Positions 52,805 through 64,000 of a stretch of DNA of 64,000 nt are shown here, one piece after another. The position numbers and the translations under genes were made by a program. The notes beneath the pieces were generated by a model. It was not told where the DNA came from. It searched no databases and saw nothing but the letters and a program-made list of their open reading frames with translations. Source of the DNA: Phoronis australis (lineage: Eukaryota > Animalia > Phoronida); the NCBI GenBank assembly GCA_002633005.1, contig NMRA01000206.1, positions 533,203-597,202 on the forward strand, in the 5' to 3' direction. Each line of letters begins with the position of its first letter. Within the stretch, counting starts at the first letter, position 1.

Positions 52805-53990
52805 CTTCGAAGTCAAAGAAAATGTCATGACCTGATATGACCCAAAACATCTCGGAACATGATTTTTTTAACTGTGCAGGCCCGATACTCGGTCATATGA
52901 CTAGACATTTGTTTTTCATCTATTGTTCTGTGTGTGTAGCAACACGAATTAATTACTGTTCAGGTTTCACGCCTGAGGATGGTCCGAAATGGTAATCCCT
53001 CAGCCGAGTAAGCCTCGCGGTTCTCCATTTGTAAAATAAAACTCTGAATGAGACAGGCATTGTTACAACAGTGCATGCCTAATTCACAGGTTTTAGTTAC
53101 AACTGGGACTACTGGTTCCTGGGTTGTACCAAATACGTGACGAGGTGTTCCACATGGACTAGTGCAAGCTACCAGAGACCCAACCTGTGCGCCTGTTGAT
53201 GGACAAAACTTTAGAATTTTACGATGAAGCTCGTGGCGCTCCGCTAGCCATTCGTTAGACTTTGCGTTGCAATTCGCCATGTATAAGGGGAACGTCACAT
53301 GAAGCAATAGAATAAAACAATTACTATGAACTAACAAGCAAGAAAACACTCGCCATCCTCTGGAACACAAACTTGTAAAAATGCAGCAAACTTGGTTGTT
53401 ACAATCAGTGAGGTACAACTACACAAACCTGCCCACCAGGCATCTGTGTTGTCTCATTTCACCACAGAATAAAGGTATTTAAAAAAATATTTCCGGTGAA
53501 ATCGAAGATAAGTTTCGAATTTTTAGAAATCAATCAAAACGACAGGAGTGACAAGCGTTCCACGAATTAGCCGACTACTTCGCTGCAGCTGTAATATTGA
53601 ATTGGAGAAAATGTAAGGCAACACAACCATTTCCGTTCCATAAACAAAATTTTCTTCTAAAAAATGTCTCGCGAATGCTAACATTGTAGACTGTATATTG
53701 TGACGTATACTTTGGCACTCACGTGACAATAAAAGCCGAGTGCAATATGTGCCGTAAGATCAACACATGCCCCTCAGAAGACAATATCTGTCGGCATTTA
53801 CAGTACATAATTATTGTCGCACCCGACACGTATTGTCGCACAGGCGACAATAGATTTGATGTTGACGGTATACATTGCCGCCCTTGGTTTATAATGTCAC
53901 TCGATTGACAACATGTTTCGGGTACGACAATGTGTGTCACAAAAACGTGCCCGTGATTCTGACCAGATAATTATACGAGACGATTTCTAC

Positions 53991-54178
53991 CTCATAATAC
54001 AGCTCGTTCTTTGCAGTGTGACACTTAATAAAAAAGTCCAAAGACCACTTCACGGAATCCAACACCTCAAGTAGGAGACCAGCTGCTTCGTAAGCATCTT
54101 TGAAGTACAGAATCCCCGCCAAAAGTACAGTGGTGCTGGCTGCTGTTGGGTAGACATACTTCATGTTGTTGCTACCTT
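53991..54178 (-). CDS. GH9-like gene B, exon 3
   Basis: tttacag|...|gtag, 188 nt. EGSNNMKYVYPTAASTTVLLAGILYFKDAYEAAG...LYYE. Confidence 0.88.
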
Positions 54179-54344
54179 CTGTAAACAACATACAATTAAT
54201 TTAGCTGGAAGGTGTGTCAGGTGGTAAACAGACAAATACTTGGGCGGCCTTCCTGGTTGGAAGTTACATGTATGTCAGATAAAGAACACATTCAACTGTT
54301 TCCTGTGATATTCGTGCACTTGTATGGCCGTAGAGGGGAGAGGA

Positions 54345-54412
54345 AATACATGTAGTTCAGTGGTTTGAGCTCCGGACTATCAAACTAGAGGCCTGGGTTC
54401 AAATCTTGCCTT
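54345..54412 (+). mobile_element. tRNA-derived SINE head (duplicated at about 56676-56740)
   Basis: A-box tagttcagtgg and B-box ggttcaaatct at tRNA spacing, without a proper acceptor stem. Confidence 0.55.
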
Positions 54413-56324
54413 TAGTGGTAGACGGACCATCCCTGAAATCTATGCATGGTTGACATTGGAGTGCGAAAACGAGGCATGAACAACATAACATCTATCGTGT
54501 CTGGATAGCCCCAGTCAAAAACCACTGCTATTCATATGTGCTGGCTTTGCTTGCAGTTTTTGCAAACGGCGGTTGTGAAGGAAATTTGACGAAATCGGGA
54601 ATGTGCAACCTTCACAACAGTTTAACAACGTACCTGGATTATAAAAAATATCCTCTGTTCTGTTCACGTTTCCTGAACAAGAATTAGCTACCCAAAATTT
54701 TAAAAATGTCGATAAAAATGACCACTTTGAGAGACTTCGACTTCTGTTGACCCTTTCGATTCTAAATCAACCAATGGCATAGAAGTACAAACTAGGACTT
54801 AGGTTAACTGTTGGCATTTTTTCACAAATCACGACATTAACTTACGGCAGTATAAACTCGGCGACAAGATGGCGTCTAGAGCAAGACTTGTGTGTCAAAA
54901 ATGTTGACATTTTTGCATATACTGCCGACTTCTATAGTTAAATGACTTTTTTTCTGTTTTGGTTAGGAACTGGTACTGTATTTTGCTTCATTCAGGCCTT
55001 TCAACTACCACAGGTACGGTTTTAATTTGCAATATTTGGTCAATATTGTGTTCCACGGTTCAACAACCTTGTTGAGTGCCACTGGGTTGAAACATTTGAT
55101 TCATGTGTTAAGTTTGGAACACTTGATTCTTCGACATGAAGTGTTCTAGCTCTCTTCACATGTTAAATCTGCATGAAGTAAAATATTCGAATTAGTTTCA
55201 CTGTCATGTAATTTTTTAGCAAGCTATAGAAACTGAATTTCTAGAAATTTCGCCTCGTTGAAGTTGTCACTAACCCCCGATATATGTCGCTTTATTAGTA
55301 CCGGAAATTTCCGATAAATTTCCCTGGGCAGTACTGATTACCGTTCAAATCTTTTTTTTTACCAAATAAGCGCATTGAGCACTGTTTCAGAAACGTCGAT
55401 TTTTCTAAGTCACGTTTTGATCCATAAAAAGTGCCCATGGCGCTATTTCTTCCTTGTTTTCCGAAAAAGTTCCCATGGGAGCTTTGTGGTGATGGGTGCT
55501 TCATCGGAAACCCCGTCGGTAACCACTTGTCTCAAGTGTTGCGTTATCAAGTCGATGGCCGACTTCGGACTTGATTCAAAGTGAAAATCGGAAGAATGGT
55601 GGAAATAATCGTAAAAAATAACAATTGTGGTCCTTTTAATCGTCCGTAAAGACTTCAAGCGACTGATTGTGAGGTCATGCGCGCATTTATCGTAAGTAGG
55701 AGGGAGATAAGAAACTCTGTGATAACCACAGAGTTTTTCCTTCTTGCGTATTTCAAAAATCGTGAATTTTGCGACTTTTTCTGGAAATTTCTTCACAGGG
55801 GAAAATGAATTACTCTGTACCAGACGTTGCGAGATGGTACTTTCGTCATGCAGCAAATGTTTAAAAGTTATTTTTGACGACCTTTCGCGTACCATGCATC
55901 TTTAAGTAGAAAAATCACCAAAAAGCACGACCGTGGATTATATTTTTAACAGTATATACAATTAAACATTGGGAAATTGTTTATGACCGGCTAATTTTGG
56001 TACGTGAATATCATTTGGTCCAAGCGTTTGGAGTATAAACAATCTCGTATGCTGTTCAAGCACCACCGAAGTAAAAAATGTCACATTAGATTCTGATAAG
56101 TTTGAAAATATTTTGAGTTGCATTGAATGACCATTATTTGTGATTAAGTTTCAACTGAACTAACTTGCGTTAAAATCAGTTTTGTGAAGATTTTAACTAA
56201 AGCAAGGCAGAAAGAGCACCTCTAACAATGGCATTGTCTCTCAGCAACANTTCGGGTACGACAATGTGTGTCACAAAAACGTGCCCGTGATTCTGACCAG
56301 ATAATTATGCGAGACGATTTCTAC

Positions 56325-56512
56325 CTCATAATACAGCTCGTTCTTTGCAGTGTGACACTTAATAAAAAAGTCCAAAGACCACTTCACGGAATCCAACACC
56401 TCAAGTAGGAGACCAGCGGCTTCGTAAGCATCTTTGAAGTACAGAATCCCCGCCAAAAGTACAGTGGTGCTGGCTGCTGTTGGGTAGACATACTTCATGT
56501 TGTTGCTACCTT
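56325..56512 (-). CDS. GH9-like gene B, exon 3 (second copy; probably allelic or an assembly duplicate)
   Basis: 188 nt, same translation as 53991-54178. Lies in a duplicated block that starts right after a single N. Confidence 0.6.
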
Positions 56513-59200
56513 CTGTAAACAACATATAATTAATTTAGCTGGAAGGTGTGTCAGGTGGGAAACAGACAAATACTTGGGCGGTCTTCCTGGTTGGAAGTTA
56601 CATGTATGTCAGATAAAGAACACATTCAACTGTTTCCTGTGATATTCGTGCACTTGTATGGCCGTAGAGGGGAAAGGACATAGTTCAGTGGTTTGAGTTC
56701 CGGACTATCAAACTAGAGGCCTGGGTTCAAATCTTGCCTTTAGTGGTAGACGGACCATCCCTGAAATCTATGCATGGTTGATATTCGAGTGCGAAAACGA
56801 GGCATGAACAACATAACATCTATCGTGTCTGGATAGCCCCAGTAAAAAACCACTGCTATTGTATGTGCTGGCTTTGCTTGCAGTTTTTGCAAACGGCGGT
56901 TGTGAAGGAAATTTGACGAAATCGGGAATGTGCGACCTTCACAACAGTTTAACAACGTACCTGGATTTAAAAAAAAAATTATCCTCTGTTCTGTTCACGT
57001 TTCCTGAACAAGAATTAGCTACACAAAATTTTGAAAATGTCGATAAAAATGACCACCTTGAGAGACTTCGACTTCTGTTGACCCTTTCAGTTCTAAATCA
57101 ACCAATGGCATGGAAGTACAAACTAGGACTTAGGTTAACTGTTGGCCTTTTTTCGCAAATCACGACATCAACTTACGGCAGTATAAACTCGGCGACAAGA
57201 TGGCGTCTAGAGCAAGACTAGTGTGTCAAAAATGTTGACATTTTTGCATATACTGCCGTCTTCTATAGTTAAATGACTTTTTTCTCTGTTTTGGTTAGGA
57301 ACTGGTACTGTATGTTGCTTCATTCAGGCCTTTCAACTACCACAGGTACGGTTTTAATTTGCAATATTTGGTCAAAATTGTGTTCCACGGTTCAACAACC
57401 TTGTTGAGTGCCACTGGGTTGAAACATTTGATTCATGTGTTAGGTTTGGAACACTTGATTCATGTGTTAAGTTTGGAACACTTGATTCTTCGACATGAAG
57501 TGTTCTAGCTCTCTTCACATGTTAAATCTGCATGAAGTAAAATATTCGAATTAGTTTCACTGTCATGTAATTTTTTAGCAAGCTATAGAAACTGAATTTC
57601 TAGAAATTTCGCCTCGTTGAAGTTGTCACTAACCCCCGATATATGTCGCTTTATTAGTACCGGAAATTTCCGATAAATTTTCCTGGGCAGTACCGATTAC
57701 CGTTCAAATCTTTTTTTTTTTTACCAAATAAGCGCATTGAGCACTGTTTCAGAAACGTCGATTTTTCTAAGTCACGTTTTGATCCATAAAAAGTGCCCAT
57801 GGCGCTATTTCTTCCTTGTTTTCCGAAAAAGGTTCCCATGGGAGCTTTGTGGTGATGGGTGCTTCATCGGAAACCCCGTCGGTAACCACTTGTCTCAAGT
57901 GTTGCGTTATCAAGTCGATGGCCGACTTCGGACTTGATTCAAAGTGAAAATCGGAAGAACGGTGGAAATAATCGTAAATAAATAACTATTGTGGTCCTTT
58001 TAATCGACCGTAAAGACTTCAAGCGACTGATTGTGAGAGGTCATGCGCGCATTTATCGTAAGTAGGAAGGAGATAAGAAACTCTGTGATAACCACAGAGT
58101 TTTTCCTTCTTGCGTATTTCAAAAATCGTGAATTTTGCGACTTTTTCTGGAAATTTCTTCACAGGGGAAAATGAATTACTCTGTACCAGACGTTGCGAGA
58201 TGGTACTTTCGTCAGCAAATGTATAAAAGTTATTTTTGACGACCTTTCGCGTACCATGCATCTTTAAGTAGAAAAATCACCAAAAAGCACGACCGTGGAT
58301 TATATTTTTAACAGTATATACAATTAAACATTGGAAAATTGTTTATGACCGGCTAATTTTGGTACGTGAATATCATTTGGTCCAAGCGTTTGGAGAAAAA
58401 CAATCTCGTATGCTGTTCAAGCCTCGGTTTAGAGATAAATTTAATATCCATGAGGTCTACATTAAAGATATTAGTTCTTTTACATTCACTAATTTAGAAT
58501 ATGGGATGAGTTTTGTTACTCGAAAGATAATCATTAAAGATATAAACGTTTCGTAACCTTCAACCCTGTTTGTGTTTGCCTTATTTTAGTATATTTTAAA
58601 TCAGAAAATTCATTACATATTGCGGCCGTTGAGTGAGAACAGATAATGCACGAGTCAGCTGTCACTCACTGCGACGTTCATTTTAGGTGGTGGTGCACCA
58701 CAAAAGTAAAAAATATTACATTAGATTCTGATAAGTTTGAAAATATTTTGAGTTGCATTGAATGACCATTATTTGTGATTAAGTTTCAACTGAACTAACT
58801 TGCGTTAAAATCAGTTTTGTGAAGATTTTAACTAAAGCAAGGCGGAAAGAGCACCTCTAAGAATGGCATTGTCTCTCAGCAACATTTTTGTACTGGCTGG
58901 ACTCGAGAGAGTGTGCGAGAACCTGGATATAGTAAAATCGCAATTCCCGGGGCTGCTCAAATGCAAAAAAATACTTGAGGTTTTGAAAGAGTTACGAGTA
59001 GAATCACGAAGGGGAGATTCTTGTAGTCCGCAAGGTGGCGCTATCCGGAAACCACTTGTAAATGTGTAGCACAAGCATTTTTGAGATTTTCCTTCAAACC
59101 TGACATTTATCTTCATATTGTAGGGCTAATGAGATATTTGCAGTCATTAACCCAAGTACAAAATGATAACAAAATTAACATCGTGATGAAATATTCTCTA

Positions 59201-59419
<219 letters not shown>

Positions 59420-62419
59420 TCATCAAGAAGGAAGAAATTATTTAGCATGCGCAGTGGATGCTTTGCTGCCACGGTATTCCGTACACTTAGACACACGAGC
59501 AGGGGATTACGTTAAAATAACCGATGAGGTCTTGGAGTTGCGTCCAAATTTCCAATGGATTTTTACACAACAGACCAATATTTAGACCAGGCGAGCAGTA
59601 ACCAGCTTATGGAGATGTATGTTACCGTAACACAAGAGACACAGAGTTTTGCTGTTTAAATCACCTGTACATGATTGAGAAGGGGTGAAAGTTGGAATCT
59701 GCAAAGATCAAAAAAGAGTATGCTTTGTGAAGGAAATTCTTTAAAATACGAAATTCATTTGTCGTTGGAATGTACAACGCATGAAGATTTGCGTAACCGA
59801 TTTTAACCAAATGTCCAGAAAGGAATAAACAAAACTGAAGTTTTTGTAAATTGGATGGGCTCGGGCAGTGTGACAAAGCTGCGAAATATTGCCAAATTTT
59901 TGTTTGGGGCTGATCACAGGAGGTCGACGAGCGTAGGAAGCGCCATTTTACTACAGTTGTGCTGTTTATGTTGTAGTCGTCTATGTAAACTATAATGCAC
60001 TCTAGCACAGAATAAAAAAATATTGAGTTCGCACAAAAATAAAACAAAAAATGTCAATAATCATTTCTAGTTCGATTTCGAGTACAAAGATTGGACACCG
60101 CGCAATGGTGATATCTGAGCGACAAGTGTTTTAATTGTATTTCGTAATTGCGGAAAAAATATTAATCACTTAACCCCCCACAGCACTAGATGAGTTGCTG
60201 ATCTGAAATAGACATGCGCACACACTCAAATGAACTTTGGCGTACGTTGATGAAAAGCGAGCAAATTTATATCATTTGGGAAGAGGGTGTGGAATGGGTG
60301 ACGAAAGGGGATAAGGGGGGGGGGCGGCAAATATGTGGCGAAATTGGAAAGTTGAAATTTGTAGAGTAAACTCGTTAACGACTTGATGGCTGTAACGAAT
60401 GAATTTGTCTGTGTCCTCGTCGATTTAGTTATGAGCACCCTTTGCTTAAGCAGTTACTCGCTTCAACCAAAAATCAACTTTGCGCAGTCACGCTCTAAAA
60501 GGGTGTCCGGTTCGTAATGCTAACGTTCCAGCACGTAGAGTTACTCGCTTCAACCACACATGGTCAGCCTAACGCTCCACTGCCATCAAACACACCCTGT
60601 GATTGAGCACAGTTACGCTCTTCGAGGTTTCCAGAATAAATTGCTAACACTCCTTCTCGTGCAGTTACTTGCTTCAACCACTCGATCATTCAGCCTAACG
60701 CTACAAAAGCTATCGTATTTCTCTGCGTAAAAGCCCAGTATAAGCCCCATATCCATAAGCACATACGCCAAGGGGTTTGGAAAACAATTGCAGGGTTCAA
60801 TAGGAAATGAAATCAAAACCGTACCTGAAATAAATTTCTACATATGCTGGCAAACATGCAGACTGTGAATGTTGTATCGATTCATGAAGAAAATATCCCT
60901 GTATCGAAATTTCCAGTTGCATTCCCAAACTGATTTCTTTCAAATATACGGATTGGGCCGTTATTCAGGAATCACAGGTAAAGAACGGGTGTTATGAACA
61001 TAAAATAGCATTAGAAAGGACAATAAGTGTTTCCTCAGTGTTTGCACAAGCCCCAAAATGCGGGGAAAATTGAAGACTATTCGAGTCTCCATTTGGGACT
61101 GTCTCATGCAACTTTTTCACTGGTGTCTACACTCTTGACAGGTGCATACATGTACATACATAATTTACTAGTTAATAATACTTCTGTAAGCCAGCTTTGA
61201 TCATCAATGTCAACACAACACTGCTTAAAACTTTAAGAAATGCAATCCTATTTCCTACATTGTACCACACTTTCCCAAAGTCGCAAGCAAACAGTACTTT
61301 GCTTTGCTCTGCCACCTCGTGTTGAAATTTGTAAGTCTTCATTTAGGTAACACACCAGTAACAAAGATTATAATGAAGTAATATTTATCTGACTTGCATA
61401 TTCAACGTATCTAATATCTACATACAATTTGCTTGAATCAAGTTTGTCGAATGACACGGCTAAAACTCAAATTAAACGGATTTTTTATACTAAACATCGA
61501 AACGACAGTCATGATCTTCGATCCGGATATAAATACCACTAAAGCCGCAAAAATGAACGGTGTGTCCGGAAAAACACGATTCGCGATTTTTTAGAATGGG
61601 CTTTTGGATATTCTGTACCCGCATCAAGTAATGATCATCATTCGCTTTGATGCATAACAATGAGAAAAATCTGTTTAGTATGAAGTTTAGCCGCCAAGCA
61701 TGGGTCCAGCAACTTTAATTTCAGTTTACAACACAAACAAACCAAATACATAAAAACTTTTCATGTCAACTCATATACACAATAGCATCTCAACCTGCTT
61801 CAAAGTTTACTGGAACATCAATTTCTTACAAAATTAGCTTAAAGTTGCATTTAGCCATTCTGGGAAATATAGATCTCTATGATAAATATTTACTAGCCGT
61901 ACATGTACTTTAGTCAAAGTTTATTTTCTCGGTTAAAAATGACCCGTTCATTGAAAAAATGAAAATTTTACGAAAACTTGTAAACTAGTGTCTAGTTTCA
62001 ATTTCAGATAATTCAAAATAAATCAAAATAGAAATCAGTGCCTTAAAAGGATACCGAACCGACTTGTTCATCCAATTCTGTGATACAAAATAGTAATCCC
62101 TGAAAACCCCCAAAAGTTTGGAGGAAATTTGAAAAGTCCTTTCAAAGTCTGCTAAACGGGCAAGCATGACCTACGCTTTAAACGAATTACACGGCAACTG
62201 TGGCGAACGACCATCAACCAAGAACAATCATATCCAATCTGTGACATAGGGAGTATGCACTTCGCCAATGATGCATTAGCAAGTGACAGAACGAGGATTG
62301 GTGGAAATCATCAAGATAGGGTTTAGTATCCCTTTAAGGTTATATGAAGAGCCTTGCTTTACACTGCGGAGACCCTCTGGCAGATAACGCCTGCTGATGG
62401 GTTGAAATTTCATTCTTAC

Positions 62420-62741
62420 CTTTCTGAACTGGCTGAAATAAATCCCACTCTGGGTCGTCAACCGGACCAGTCTTCAGTTTTTTCATCCCGCATTGTAAAG
62501 TGTGACTTACGCAGAGACACTGTGCCAAGTTGAAACTGAATGCGTGGCACCCAGCGTTAGCCGTGCATCCGCGTGCGCAAGTCACTGGCGTGGGTGCCTT
62601 GAGAATTGTCGAATTCTTATTTATACTCATTCGTTTGCCAGCTGTTTTGAAATATTTTTCAGTCCTGTAGGTTTCTTCTCCAAGGACGAGAAAAACTACT
62701 GTTACAGGTAAAAAAACTGCGACGGCACAAAGGGACCGCAT
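62420..62741 (-). CDS. GH9-like gene B, coding exon 1: signal peptide + PAN/apple-like domain
   Basis: MRSLCAVAVFLPVTVVFLVLG leader; TCARGCTANAGCHAFSFNLAQCLC; DDPEWDLFQ. Ends AAA G|GTAAG (phase 1). A candidate acceptor (acaacag) lies just 5' of the ATG, implying an upstream UTR exon. Confidence 0.8.
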
Positions 62742-64000
62742 CACTGTTGTAAATGGAAATACCGATACGTGATTGTCGTATTGTACGATGTTTTTATTGA
62801 TTCAAAATTATCCAAACACTGTTGTATTTGACTTTTGAATAGGAAAGAACTCTTTGACAGTCCATTGTTTGTCCTTTGAACACTAAAATCGCCACGACTA
62901 TTATCGATACGCCTCGTTTTCATCTCGTGTACTCTTATTGCCCACTGACTATCCGCAGTGGCAAAATAAATGAACTACAGCAGTACAACAAGTCAGAGAG
63001 TTACAAAAACAGCACCATCATCACCACCACAAGCGCCAGCACCATCATCATCCATCACCATCACCGTCGACGTCTTCATCGTCATCGTCATCATCAATCA
63101 GTGTCGTCGTCGTCGTACGACCAACCATCAATAGGATGACGATTCTGGCTGTTGAGCTACGGTCACAAATCAAGATAGATACAAGCCGATAAAACTCTAC
63201 AAGTTGTGATGGCGGACGACACGTGGTCAGTGTGCAGCGACATACCTTGACCAAACTACTCGTCATATCACGACCGGAATTGAATAACTTGCACATTAAT
63301 TGCCTGCGAAAAGCAGTAATGCATGTGTGTACAGTCCCGCCTCCAATATGCCTTTTAATAATAACGTAGCCAGTACCATTTTTGTTATTGCTTGGAAATG
63401 TTATATTGGCGCCGAAACATGTCGCGACAGGAAGTAGTGTTCAGACCTGCGCACTCATGAACCTAGTTTCTCGCGGCCTACAGCTGAACATGACATTGGT
63501 GTAATCTCGAACCTTTTGTGGACAGTTGACATTGTAGAAAAGTGTAAATTTTGTTCAAGTGCCGCGTTTGGTGTCGGTGAGTAGTGTTTCATAGTGAAGG
63601 AGTCCTTGGAAAATGTTTTTTTGATTGCCACTCCGACACTTGAACGAATTTATGGCCCGAAGTGGCTGAAAGTATGGCCTGGCAAACGTGTTATTTCACT
63701 GAAATGCTGTTTGTTTTTTGCACTTTCCACCCGTAATTTGCGCACTGTTCGCGACAGGGGTGACACACTCTAGCACTGAAGCACTGCGTACTGTGCACGC
63801 TAGGGTCAGGCCGTGAACATTGACACCAGGGGGAGCTGTGACAAACATTGCCCGCCGTCCTCACGAGTGCAAAGCGACTTCATTACATGAGATTGACGTT
63901 TGATTCCCACAAAAGACTGAGTGGCATTCAAACTTATCTCCCCTACATAGCACGCACTGCCGCACAATTCATAGACATTTCACTCTCATTACCGAGGAGT

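Larger units (their letters stand above)
53917..58884. repeat. Near-identical tandem duplication (53917-56249 / 56251-58884) split by a single N
   Basis: Both copies start ttcgggtacgacaatgtgtg and end ctctcagcaaca. They differ by scattered SNPs and indels, including about 270 bp extra at about 58422-58695. Confidence 0.92.

Noticed and set aside
52976-53000. CTGAGGA-tggtcc-GAAA hammerhead candidate
   Set aside because: No room for stem II and no flanking helices.
54345-54412. tRNA gene
   Set aside because: A and B boxes are present but there is no acceptor-stem pairing; treated as a SINE head.
59028-59043. CTCF-like motif ccgcaaggtggcgcta (similar ones near 7493 and 21358)
   Set aside because: Short matches are expected by chance or inside repeats, and nothing else supports them.

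Overview
Repeat-rich eukaryotic (invertebrate-type metazoan) genomic DNA with scaffold gaps at 15155-15497, 26605-27522 and 56250. The main content is two tandem, minus-strand, spliced paralogues encoding signal peptide + PAN/apple-like domain + glycoside hydrolase family 9 (GH9) barrel. Gene B is complete: 9 coding exons from 62741 to 29409, 548 aa. Gene A has 8 coding exons from 19950 to 1858, and its last exon was not found in the window. Both reading frames are intact and exons 2-8 have identical lengths, yet both lack the GH9 catalytic machinery: DAGD becomes HEGSN, the catalytic Glu becomes Lys, and PHHR becomes PWH(I/V). This points to a conserved GH9 pseudoenzyme or a re-tooled enzyme. 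An intronless 924-aa LRR-Ig-TM receptor gene is nested on the same strand in intron 7 of gene B. Introns hold a Neptune-type Penelope retroelement, a decayed L1/Tx1 LINE, THAP-bearing TTAA (Kolobok-like) DNA transposons, MITEs (one apparent composite), a tRNA-derived SINE head and simple repeats. Exon calls were made by hand from splice signals, phase and paralogue comparison; no database search was run.
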